The position numbers and the translations under genes were made by a program. Of a DNA stretch of 36,028 bases, positions 8,135 to 16,943 are shown piece after piece (the stretch's first letter is position 1; the number at the start of each line of letters is the position of its first letter). Source of the DNA: an archaeon (GTDB lineage: Archaea; B1Sed10-29; JAJRYS01); contig JAVYMF010000002.1 of the NCBI GenBank assembly GCA_038736665.1, positions 1-36,028 on the forward strand, in the 5' to 3' direction. Under the pieces are notes generated by a model. That model saw only the letters and a list, made by a program, of their open reading frames with translations, was not told the origin of the DNA and ran no database searches.

Positions 8135-8845
8135 TCATTTCTCAAGCGAGAACCTCAGCCGGACAGTGCCTGAGCCTTTGCTTTCATGCCCTGTTATGCG
8201 AATGCAGCCGACTTCGCTCGTGTTTTTCACGTGTGTTCCGGCGCAAGGGCAGACGTCAACTTCTTCAATTACTACGAGGCGGATTGACTTGATCGACTCC
8301 GGCAAGCGCTCGAACAAGCGCCTTCTTTTCTCGTCCACGCGCTGCATCATTTCTTCGCGAGTTACTGTTTCGAAATTAACCGGCGCCGAGGATTTTATTA
8401 CAGCATTGAATTTTTCCTCTATGTTTTTTTGCTTTTCTTCGTTCCACTCGAAAGGTCGGAAGTCTATGCGCGATTCTTCATCGTGAATCTGGTTTCCCGC
8501 GGTTTCTGCACCGTATTCTTCGAGAACGATAGCTGAAAGTATGTGCTGCGCGGTGTGCATCCTCATATGCGCGTAGCGCTTTTCCCAGTCGATGACGCCA
8601 TGCACGCGCGTTCCAGCTGGTAGAGCTCTTTCAACGTAGTGCCTGGATTCTCCTTTTTCTTTTTTTACGGACGTCACGCGGACTCTTTCTCCGTTTTCCA
8701 GAATAAGAACGCCAGTATCTCCAGTTTGTCCTCCGGATTCAGGGTAAAAGGCGCTGTCTTTCAGCAAAACGTAGCCGTTTTCGGACTTCGTTACTTCTGA
8801 GTCAAATTCTTTCAAGTAGCAGTCCTGCAAGTAAAGCTCTGCCAT
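8135..8845 (-). CDS. alaXM: Alanyl-tRNA editing protein AlaX-M
   Basis: FYPESGGQ.GDTG; zinc motifs HTAQH and CAGTH. Confidence 0.93.
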   Translation of the reverse strand: MAELYLQDCYLKEFDSEVTKSENGYVLLKDSAFYPESGGQTGDTGVLILENGERVRVTSVKKEKGESRHYVERALPAGTRVHGVIDWEKRYAHMRMHTAQHILSAIVLEEYGAETAGNQIHDEESRIDFRPFEWNEEKQKNIEEKFNAVIKSSAPVNFETVTREEMMQRVDEKRRRLFERLPESIKSIRLVVIEEVDVCPCAGTHVKNTSEVGCIRITGHESKGSGTVRLRFSLEK

Positions 8846-8893
8846 GAGATATACTTTGGATAAAGAAAATAAAAAAAGAGAGGGGTAACGGCG

Positions 8894-9511
8894 CTACATC
8901 ATGTAAGCCGCAAGAGACGGCATCAAAAGCGCGACTATGACCATCAGCAGGACTGTTATCAGGCCTGTGGTCGTGCCGTAAATCAGCCCCGTGCGTGGTA
9001 GCTTCGTTTTTTCTATGCTGGAGAGCACTTCGTACAGCAGTCCGCTGGCCACTCCGCTGAGCATCGCCGTTCCAAGCGTGCCTATTGCGACAAGCAGCAG
9101 CGCGAACGTCGCGTCAGCCACGGCTCCAGCGACAGCGTTGAAAATCGCTAGAGGAACCATGGCTACTACAATCACTCCGGCGTAAATGCCGAAGAATCCC
9201 ACGGTTTCGTCGAACTTGGCCTTGCCTTTGAAGTTGTTCGCGACGAACCTGAATATTCCTGCGAACAAGAGCAAGCAGATTGCCGCCAGTATAGGGATAA
9301 GAATCAGTGACGACGTCCACAGCATCACGACGTCTTCAGTTCCGGCAAACGTTCCGATTGTTCCAAAGACCACCCCTATGACAAGCGAAAGCAAAACAAC
9401 TGATGTTAAGCCTTCTTTTGTGCCGGGCTTTTCTTTCTGTATCCTTTTGATAGCTTCTGTAGGCTTGAATATCCCGCCGTACCACAGTTTTCCGTATTCG
9501 GTTAATTTCAT
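8894..9511 (-). CDS. Yip1-like multi-pass membrane protein
   Basis: N-terminal IFKPTEAIKRI, five hydrophobic helices, FKGKAKF loop typical of the Yip1 domain. Confidence 0.65.
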   Translation of the reverse strand: MKLTEYGKLWYGGIFKPTEAIKRIQKEKPGTKEGLTSVVLLSLVIGVVFGTIGTFAGTEDVVMLWTSSLILIPILAAICLLLFAGIFRFVANNFKGKAKFDETVGFFGIYAGVIVVAMVPLAIFNAVAGAVADATFALLLVAIGTLGTAMLSGVASGLLYEVLSSIEKTKLPRTGLIYGTTTGLITVLLMVIVALLMPSLAAYMM

Positions 9512-9546
9512 CCTATTACCCCCGGTACTTTCAAATCGTTACTGGC

Positions 9547-10761
9547 TTATATTCCTTTTTCACTGCTCATCTTGCTCTCGACGGCTTTTTTTATCTTGTC
9601 GGCAGGGAACGCGAGTCGGATTAGCGTCGTGTTTCCGCGCACGCCTTTGCTGGACGGCGCCGTGGTTATGAGGCCGAGCATTTCCAGCTCGTTGATGTAT
9701 TCCCTGCACCATCGTGCGCTCCTCGACTCGCATGCGAGCGAGTGGCACAGTTTCTCATATCTCTCGAAAACTTCTCCGGAAAACAGGATTTTCTCGTCGT
9801 GCGAGCCATCGAGGCGCTGGTATTTACCGGCCTCGCTGGTGAGGGTGGCGATGGCGTACAACACTATCTGCTGCTGCTTAGGGAGGGTGTTTATCAGGTC
9901 TAGGACTATCTCTTCTTCGACGCCTTTCCGCGCTTTTTTGATGTGCTCTTCTGTGATTTTTTCAGAGTGTTCTGCGTCGGCGACTTCGCCGGCTTTCAGC
10001 AGCAGTTTCAGCGCGTATCTTGCGTCGCCTGACTCCTGCGCGGCCAGTGCTGCGGCGAAGCCGATGGCAGCGTCGCTTATAGCCCCTTTTTTGTACCCCA
10101 TTTCGGCGCGCTGCTTCAGTATTTCGCGGAGTTGTTCGGCGTTGTAAGGTGCGAACACCATTTCTTCCTCGCATAAAGTTGATTTGCTTCTGGGGTCAAG
10201 CTCTTTTTTGAACATGACGTTGTTTGTGATGCCGATTATTCCGATGTGGCCGCTTTTCAGCTCGTCGTTGGCACGCGTGAGCGTGTACATTAGGTCGTCT
10301 AGGTTCTTGACTTTGTCCAGCTCATCCAGGACTATTACTGTGTTTGTTTTTTTGGAGCTGATGGTTTTCATAGCCTTGTCAAGCAGGTGCTGCAGGGGAA
10401 ATCCGAGGTAGTTTTCGTTAGGGTCGCAGTGCTCGGCAAACTTCAAGACAACCTGGTATTTCGTGTTGCTTATCCTGCAGTTGACGTATACCGCGTCGAC
10501 ATTAGCGTTGTATTTCTCCTTGACCTGCATCAGCCTGTCGAGCACGTGTCGGGTTGTGGCTGTTTTCCCAGTGCCCGTCTTGCCGTAAATGAATAAATTG
10601 CTGTAATTCGTTCCTTTGAGCGCGGGAGCGAGGGTCTTCATTATTTTTTCTATTTCGCGTTCGCGGTGCGGCAGAGTTTCGGGAATGAAATGCGGGCTTA
10701 GCACGTTCCGGTCGGTGAATACGGTGCTCTTCTGCATTTCTTTCTCGAAAATGTCGTCCAT
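9547..10761 (-). CDS. cdc6: Orc1/Cdc6 replication initiator
   Basis: LPHREREI, Walker A GKTGTGKT, Walker B IVLDELD, FAPYNAEQL, GDARYA, C-terminal winged helix; ATG 10761 likely (10803 possible). Confidence 0.96.
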   Translation of the reverse strand: MDDIFEKEMQKSTVFTDRNVLSPHFIPETLPHREREIEKIMKTLAPALKGTNYSNLFIYGKTGTGKTATTRHVLDRLMQVKEKYNANVDAVYVNCRISNTKYQVVLKFAEHCDPNENYLGFPLQHLLDKAMKTISSKKTNTVIVLDELDKVKNLDDLMYTLTRANDELKSGHIGIIGITNNVMFKKELDPRSKSTLCEEEMVFAPYNAEQLREILKQRAEMGYKKGAISDAAIGFAAALAAQESGDARYALKLLLKAGEVADAEHSEKITEEHIKKARKGVEEEIVLDLINTLPKQQQIVLYAIATLTSEAGKYQRLDGSHDEKILFSGEVFERYEKLCHSLACESRSARWCREYINELEMLGLITTAPSSKGVRGNTTLIRLAFPADKIKKAVESKMSSEKGI

Positions 10762-10882
10762 AACGAGCTTCTCCGTTCCCGTTTTCAGATTTTTTCGCAA
10801 CAATATGCTATAAATACAGGAAGCGAGTAATTACTAAATAGTTATAGTGCTTTTTGAATAAAAAACTAGGAGGTAAAACGGA

Positions 10883-11233
10883 ATGGCAGGCATTTTGGAA
10901 AAAATCAAAGGCAAGCAAAGCGTGGACATAGAGGAGTACTTGGACACCCTGGGAATGGAGCAGGACGACCTGATGGTCGAGCACGCTGACATGTGGGTAA
11001 GGCCGTACGCGCTCGAGGACGTCATTGACATCGAGAAAGTCTCGAACGAGCTCCGAAAAGGAAACATGGTTCTGCTTAACATCGAGCCCTTGTTCAAGAA
11101 AAACGCGATAAAGCTCAGGCAGGCGATTTCAGAGCTGAAGGGCACTGTTCACGATATCAACGGCGACATAGCTCGCATAACAGAGCACAAGCTGCTCGTC
11201 ACGCCCGCGAACGTGAAAATAGCCAAGCAGTAA
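10883..11233 (+). CDS. sepF: Cell division protein SepF
   Basis: ELRKGNMVLLNI, GDIARI, LLVTPANVKI; SD AGGAGGT upstream. Confidence 0.88.
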   Translation: MAGILEKIKGKQSVDIEEYLDTLGMEQDDLMVEHADMWVRPYALEDVIDIEKVSNELRKGNMVLLNIEPLFKKNAIKLRQAISELKGTVHDINGDIARITEHKLLVTPANVKIAKQ

Positions 11234-11255
11234 AACCGCCGCGAAGTGCGTCTCA

Positions 11256-12047
11256 ATGATCCTGGAAAATCCTGCGCTCCAGCTGTCGGTAGGGATGCAG
11301 GACATCCTCGACATCCTCGAAAGCACCCTTAAAGAACGCAACTGGACGCACTTCGACGTCGCAAACCTCAAGCTGACGTATGTTCCTTTCTACGTTTTCA
11401 ATTACGACACGCTAGTGGAAAAAAAAGTCGAGAGCGACACTTATTCTCAAGGATTCTCTGGCTTAATGGCAATGAACGCCGTTACCGGAAAGCTTGAGCC
11501 GCTTCTGACTCAGATTTTAAGCGAGCAGCCCGTGAATTATGAGCGCGAGATATCCCACGACCTGCAGTACGAAATGCAGAACCCGGCGATTCTCGGTGAT
11601 GAAGTGAAGGAATCCGCGCGCCTGAAGCTCGCCGGCCAGTTCAACGTAGGCAAGGATTCCATGTCAATCAGCGGCGTGCGCCTAGTTTATTGGCCCATTT
11701 GGAAAGTTTTCGTGACCCTCCCGAACAAGAGAATACAGAAGATGGAAGTCGAGGCAGTTGCAGGATATCCTCTTAACGTTGAAGAAGTGCCGGAGCGCGA
11801 GAAAACGTGGATGGAAGTAACAAGTGAAACTCTCGCAAAACTAAAAACGCCGCAAGGATGGGCCGAGTTAAGTAAGACAGCGATTAAGACGACTGCGGCC
11901 GCTGTTACAAGCGGCGCGAAGAACCAACCGCGCGGCGAGTCGTCCTTGTCAAAGCTAGTCGCCTGGCTTATTCACTCGAAGAACGGGCGCTACGCGCTTA
12001 TAGGAATAATCGCCATCATTGTAATTTTGCTGTTCTGGCAGAAATGA
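11256..12047 (+). CDS. Hypothetical protein with an internal tandem repeat and C-terminal TM anchor
   Basis: Two copies of L.Y.P.(Y/W)...A V.G; C-terminal YALIGIIAIIVILLFW. Confidence 0.8.
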   Translation: MILENPALQLSVGMQDILDILESTLKERNWTHFDVANLKLTYVPFYVFNYDTLVEKKVESDTYSQGFSGLMAMNAVTGKLEPLLTQILSEQPVNYEREISHDLQYEMQNPAILGDEVKESARLKLAGQFNVGKDSMSISGVRLVYWPIWKVFVTLPNKRIQKMEVEAVAGYPLNVEEVPEREKTWMEVTSETLAKLKTPQGWAELSKTAIKTTAAAVTSGAKNQPRGESSLSKLVAWLIHSKNGRYALIGIIAIIVILLFWQK

Positions 12048-12074
12048 TCGTCTTGTCTTGCGCAGGAAAATCTC

Positions 12075-12722
12075 TTAACTGCATTTATCCGTATAGGGGC
12101 AGTATTTGCACATCCATTTTTTGTTTTCGTCCTGCTTTGCCTCGGCATAAGGCATTATCCTTTTTTTAAGAGCTTCGTTGAGTTCTTTGAACCTTTTGAT
12201 AACGCGTTCGGCGTCTTTTTTGTCGTACGTGACTTCGAACGCCTTGGTGCTAAGGTTGGTTTTGTCAACGTACAATATGATGCCCTTATGCACCCCTGAA
12301 GCGTGCATGTAAAACATTAGCTGGCCCTTGTACTGCGGATTCAGGCCTTTCACGTAGCTCGTTTTCGTCGTACTTTTGACTTCCAGGAGGTATTTTTCGT
12401 TTTTTTCTCTGATGAGAATGACGTCGTCAATCCTTCCGGAAATCGTGAAGTCGTTAATGATCATTTTCACTGGTGCTTCGAACTCCAGCAGCTCGACGTT
12501 TTTGTTTTTCTCGGAGCGGAGCACGTCGACTATGAAGTCGTGGATGATGTTCCCGAGCTCGAAAACTTTCGCCAGCTCAGGCTCGGCTTCCACGGGTTCC
12601 ACGTAAGAAAACCATGTCTTGCGCAGGCATCCGCCAACCTCTGAAGGGTAATAGCGCCCGATAGTCTTTTGCCAAGGGTTCTTTTTCAGGTGATTGCTGA
12701 TCATCTCGTCGAAGTCAATCAT
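12075..12722 (-). CDS. Solo Cas4-like PD-(D/E)xK nuclease with Fe-S cysteines
   Basis: PSEVGGCLRK, GNIIH, GRIDD...LEVKS, QLMFY, C-terminal CKYCPYTDKC; no cas genes or array nearby. Confidence 0.85.
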   Translation of the reverse strand: MIDFDEMISNHLKKNPWQKTIGRYYPSEVGGCLRKTWFSYVEPVEAEPELAKVFELGNIIHDFIVDVLRSEKNKNVELLEFEAPVKMIINDFTISGRIDDVILIREKNEKYLLEVKSTTKTSYVKGLNPQYKGQLMFYMHASGVHKGIILYVDKTNLSTKAFEVTYDKKDAERVIKRFKELNEALKKRIMPYAEAKQDENKKWMCKYCPYTDKCS

Positions 12723-12759
12723 AGGATATAATCACTATCTTATGATTATTATTATTTTT

Positions 12760-15700
12760 TCACGCGAAGTCCGCGAGGGTGTACTGCGTTTCTTTTTCAG
12801 GCTCGACGAAGAATATCTCCTCGAGGTCGCGCTCTACTAGTTTTAGGCGCTGCTTCAAATAATCCCCCAGGCCGTATTTCTCGGCGAGCGCCTGCGAGAC
12901 GCTCAAGTATTTCTCTATTCCTCCCTTGTGCACAGTTAGGATTATCTTTCCGCCGCACTTGACGCACTTGCCAATGAGAGGCGGGCGGCGGTAACTCTCG
13001 TTGCAGTCTACGCAGCGGAACGCCTGCTGCCCGAAAGAACGCAGGTTCCCGTAAATGTCGCGCAGGAAATGAAAGTTAATCACGCGCATGGCGACGTCTT
13101 TCTCGTCCACGGCGCGGATTTTTTCCGCAAGCGCGAGCTGCCGCTCGACTTTCTCAGTCATTGTTTTCAGCTGCGCGTACTGCGATTTTGTGGGGCCTTC
13201 GTCTATTCTTGTCGTGTCGAACATGAAGCCCAGGCCGACATTTTCTTCAGGCGTGCCGAGCCTGCGCTTGACTGTTGGGATGTCGAAGTCAGCAGGGTTT
13301 ATCATTTTCTGCGTCGCTTCGTAGAACTCCAGGGGGAAGCAGCTTATTGTCTCTATGTCGTGAGCCTGGTCATCAATCTCCATCGGGTCCAGGCGAACGG
13401 AGAGTATCTGGGGGATGTCTTCAGTTCCCCCTGCCCTCGAGGATATGTATTTCTTGGAAAAGTTGAGCAGAGCGTCCATTAAAAGCATGACAGAGTCCTC
13501 GTCCCCGTCACAGTCGCGCCTACACGCGCAGTGAAAGTATGGATGTGCGTAAAAGCCGCGCGCTTTCGTGAATCCGATGATTCGCCCCAGCGAGCCCGCT
13601 GAAATGTGAGGAGCCATGCCGATGACAAGGTGCCCTATCAGGTCTTCTTTCTTGTTGATGTTATAGTATCTGGGCATACCATAATGCTTTTCAAGCAAGT
13701 CATCGACAAACTTCGAGGCGCGCCAGAGGTAATCGGCGCCGTTTTCAGAGAGCAGTATGTCCTGTGGCCAGATTTCTATTATCTGGTCGTCGCGTTCCAA
13801 TGTTTTTCCGAGGTAATCATGCGTGTATCCGAGTTCTCTCAGCTTTTCGATGCTCGCGCTTATTTCGTAAGGCTTTACGTGCGTTACGGGGATGTTGCTC
13901 GCGTCGAATCTGGCAGTGCCGTCCTTGAACGCGTAAACGCCGTGCTTCGCTCGCAGTATGACTTTTTCCAGAGGCTCAAAGAAATGGTCCGCGTTCACCG
14001 TACCTATCACGCCTTTCATCTTTTCAGGAGCCGTTTCGTTTATCCTGCGCTGGGCTTTTTCGAGTTCTTCTTTCAAGTTGATTACTGTTTTCCTGTAGCC
14101 GATGGGGCGCTTGCCACATTTCGGGCAGTAATCCCCGTCAACTTTCACTCCGCACGCGTCGCACTCTCGCTTGATGGCGGCGCGCGAGCCGCAGTCAGGG
14201 CACTTGTAAGAAAGAAGGTTCTTGCCGCACTTCATGCATTTTAGTTTAGGCAGGTCAAGCACTATTTTTCCTTTCTCGGCAGCCTTGGGTATTGTCCGCG
14301 TTTTTCCGCCGAAGTTGCCGACAGGGAACAGGCCGTGCGGCGCCGGGTTCATCATTCTTTCTTTTGCTTTTTCAGGGCGGCCCATGCGGCAGCCGATGTA
14401 AACAGGCGCCTTGTTCATTACAGGAAAAGGCGCGATTTTGTTTATCAGTTCAAGGGAAGTTTCTGCCGGGATTTTTGAAGCGTCCGCGTCGCTCCTGAGC
14501 GCGAGCGTTTCTTCCAGCGGTTCGATGTCCTCGATTATTATGAATCCGTCTCTCATTTTGTGAGGGATGCACAGCCTTTCAAGGAGCCTTTTTTCCTGGG
14601 ATGCTTCCGTTTTTATTCTGCGCACTTTCTTGCCTTCTAGACCTTCAATGGTTTCCACGGGCGCTTTCTTGAGCCAAGATATCAATGAGATTAGCTCGTT
14701 CTTCGTGAGGTCCGCGTAAAAGTAAGTGTACCGAGGATGCAGGGGTATCTTGTGTTCCTTAGAAATACGGACGGCCTGCTCTGCCGTTATCTCGTTAGGG
14801 TTTTCAAGCACCCCTGCTTTTTTGGCAATCAGCTCCCACCAGTCCTCGCATATGCCGGAAGGGATTAAAGGGTGATTGGCGTTAAGAAAATCACCGTAGC
14901 TCACGAGCATGTCGCCGAGGAAAAGTATTTCGCTTATCTCGTTTCTGACGCTTTTGGCCTTTTCGCTTGTTTCCAGCCGCATTACGTCCCCATTTTTCAG
15001 GCGCACGACAGGAGGCTCGATTGAATCGCACGGCACCACTGCGCATCCTTTTTTAGGCCTCTCCACTTTCAGCTGTGTCGCGATCGCAGTGAACTCGTCC
15101 AAAGCGTACATTGCAGCAGGATGGATCGCGCGCGCGTTTATGCCAGTGTTTCTCGCCCGGCCGTACCTCAGCCTGAAAGCGCCCTGCCTGGAAGGATAAG
15201 CGAATATTGGGCGCCCCCCGATTATGTCTGAAAGATAAGCGTCAATCGGCTTTATTTCTACTCCGCCGCTTTTCTTCACTACTTTAATCATCCCTTCAAG
15301 CCAGTCCCACCCCAGCCCGAGCTTTTTCGAGAACTTCAGCAGCTTAGGTGCTTTTTGCGTTATTGATTCTGCAACCACGAGGCACATTCCGCCGCGCAAG
15401 CAGTTGGTTTTTACGCGTTCAAGGTTTTTGTTGATTGAAACTTCGATCTGCGATGTCTGGTCGCCGTCAACGCAAACAGGGCAGTTTTTAATCGTGTGTC
15501 TTATTTCGTTTTCCGAGGGGAAATACTGCAGCTTTTCGATGTTGTCGTAAATCGTGATTTCTTCGATGTACCTGTCGATTTCTGATTCTGTAGCGCGGTA
15601 GTTCTGCAGACCTAGTTTTTTCCGCGCATAGTCAGCGAGCATTGTCGCGTACCCCCCGGCGGTTCCCCCTGCGGAGGGGGACGCGAAAAAAATGCTCATG

Positions 15701-16089
15701 TACCGCGACCCATCAGGGTTCTTGTTGATTTCCAGGCGGGATATACCTTCAGTTCCAGCGACTACTATCCCTTCAGTGAGCATCGTGATGGCCGTGCGCA
15801 CCGCTTGCTCCGCCAGTTCTATGTCTGTTTTTTTGCCGTATTTTCCGTCCATTATCGAATCCATTATCATCAAGGAAGCCTTGTCGCGGCCGTGCTCTCT
15901 GATAAGTTTTCTTATCTCTTCAGCGCAGCCCTTGGGGCCGACGAGCCCCTCGACGCGGTCAGCGAGGTCTTTGGCTTGCGTTATTTCAACGCTTTCCTCA
16001 GGGTCAAGCCCCTTGGCTCTGGCTCTTTCTGCTATCGCGTAAGCCTCGTCTTTTTTCTCCTGAATTATCCTCTGGCAGTCTTCAATCAT
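12760..16089 (-). CDS. polC: DNA polymerase D large subunit DP2
   Basis: DLADRVEGL, GRPIFAYP, FRLRYGR, RMGRPEKA, catalytic CDGDED, two zinc modules, C-terminal PIP-like QYTLADF; no intein. Confidence 0.98.
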   Translation of the reverse strand: MIEDCQRIIQEKKDEAYAIAERARAKGLDPEESVEITQAKDLADRVEGLVGPKGCAEEIRKLIREHGRDKASLMIMDSIMDGKYGKKTDIELAEQAVRTAITMLTEGIVVAGTEGISRLEINKNPDGSRYMSIFFASPSAGGTAGGYATMLADYARKKLGLQNYRATESEIDRYIEEITIYDNIEKLQYFPSENEIRHTIKNCPVCVDGDQTSQIEVSINKNLERVKTNCLRGGMCLVVAESITQKAPKLLKFSKKLGLGWDWLEGMIKVVKKSGGVEIKPIDAYLSDIIGGRPIFAYPSRQGAFRLRYGRARNTGINARAIHPAAMYALDEFTAIATQLKVERPKKGCAVVPCDSIEPPVVRLKNGDVMRLETSEKAKSVRNEISEILFLGDMLVSYGDFLNANHPLIPSGICEDWWELIAKKAGVLENPNEITAEQAVRISKEHKIPLHPRYTYFYADLTKNELISLISWLKKAPVETIEGLEGKKVRRIKTEASQEKRLLERLCIPHKMRDGFIIIEDIEPLEETLALRSDADASKIPAETSLELINKIAPFPVMNKAPVYIGCRMGRPEKAKERMMNPAPHGLFPVGNFGGKTRTIPKAAEKGKIVLDLPKLKCMKCGKNLLSYKCPDCGSRAAIKRECDACGVKVDGDYCPKCGKRPIGYRKTVINLKEELEKAQRRINETAPEKMKGVIGTVNADHFFEPLEKVILRAKHGVYAFKDGTARFDASNIPVTHVKPYEISASIEKLRELGYTHDYLGKTLERDDQIIEIWPQDILLSENGADYLWRASKFVDDLLEKHYGMPRYYNINKKEDLIGHLVIGMAPHISAGSLGRIIGFTKARGFYAHPYFHCACRRDCDGDEDSVMLLMDALLNFSKKYISSRAGGTEDIPQILSVRLDPMEIDDQAHDIETISCFPLEFYEATQKMINPADFDIPTVKRRLGTPEENVGLGFMFDTTRIDEGPTKSQYAQLKTMTEKVERQLALAEKIRAVDEKDVAMRVINFHFLRDIYGNLRSFGQQAFRCVDCNESYRRPPLIGKCVKCGGKIILTVHKGGIEKYLSVSQALAEKYGLGDYLKQRLKLVERDLEEIFFVEPEKETQYTLADFA

Positions 16090-16943
16090 TTTAACAACCG
16101 AGTTAATTCTTTTTTTATCTTTAAGCCCATAATGTCCTGAGTGGCCTGCGTTTCGCAGATTATAGTAGGTTTAATGCCGTAATCTGCAACGGCCCTGCAG
16201 AACACACTGTAATCCGGGCCCATGCCCATGTCGTACGCCGAGCAGTGCTCTTTCTCGCCCTTTTCACCGAACGTAAGGGAAGAGAAATGGCAGTGCAGCC
16301 TCTCGGCGCTTTTTTTGCCGAGCTCTTTTTCTATTGTTTCGAATATTCTCGTGAAGTCGCGCTCGCTTTTCAATGAGCCGCGGGTTCTCGCGTGATGATG
16401 GGCGAAATCCACGCACAGCTCGATTCTCTTGTGCAACTTGTCAAGTTCTATTAGTTCTTCCAACGACCCTAATGACGACGTTTTGCCGCCTGTTTCCGGG
16501 CAGAAGCGAACGTCAGATTTTTTCGTTTCTTCAATAGCCCTCATCAACCCGTCGGCGCACGCTTTGAAAGCGCGTTTCTCGTCCCCTCCGTAGTAGCCGG
16601 GATGGAACACGACTTTCTCAGCGCCTTCGATGTCAGCGAGTTCCGCCGCCTGAACGAGGCGCCCGACGGACCTCTCGACTATCTTCGGGTCTTTGCTTGT
16701 CAGCACGACGAAGTACGGCGCGTGAATTGACAAGGCTACGTCCGCTTGTTTCGCGTTTTCCCGCAGCAACTCCGCCCTGTCTTTCGGTGTGTTCACACCG
16801 TGCGTCGCTTGGAACTCGTACGCATCCAGACCGATGTCGTGTAACCACAGAGGGCAGTTCATAATTTCTCTTCTGTATTCTGACAAGTAAAAGTTCACAG
16901 GGTTGCCTGCGGTTCCGATGCGTATTCCGTTCAGCTCTTTCAT
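16086..16943 (-). CDS. nfo: Endonuclease IV-family (AP endonuclease 2) TIM-barrel protein
   Basis: SIHAPY, VFHPG, PETGGK, CVDFAH.HAR, LHCHFS, GEKEH, IICE; ATGA overlaps with both DP1 and DP2. Confidence 0.88.
   Translation of the reverse strand: MKELNGIRIGTAGNPVNFYLSEYRREIMNCPLWLHDIGLDAYEFQATHGVNTPKDRAELLRENAKQADVALSIHAPYFVVLTSKDPKIVERSVGRLVQAAELADIEGAEKVVFHPGYYGGDEKRAFKACADGLMRAIEETKKSDVRFCPETGGKTSSLGSLEELIELDKLHKRIELCVDFAHHHARTRGSLKSERDFTRIFETIEKELGKKSAERLHCHFSSLTFGEKGEKEHCSAYDMGMGPDYSVFCRAVADYGIKPTIICETQATQDIMGLKIKKELTRLLK

Noticed and set aside
10762-10882. Replication origin next to cdc6
   Set aside because: The intergenic region is short and I see no repeated ORB (TCCAxTGGAAA-like) motifs; the single CCTGGAAAAAGG upstream of DP1 (about 18478-18489) is too weak alone.
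12075-12722. CRISPR-Cas system suggested by the Cas4-like gene
   Set aside because: No repeat-spacer array, cas1, cas2 or effector genes anywhere in the window.
12760-16089. Intein in DP2 (or in Cdc6)
   Set aside because: Lengths are normal and the usual insertion regions are contiguous, with no intein terminal or LAGLIDADG motifs.
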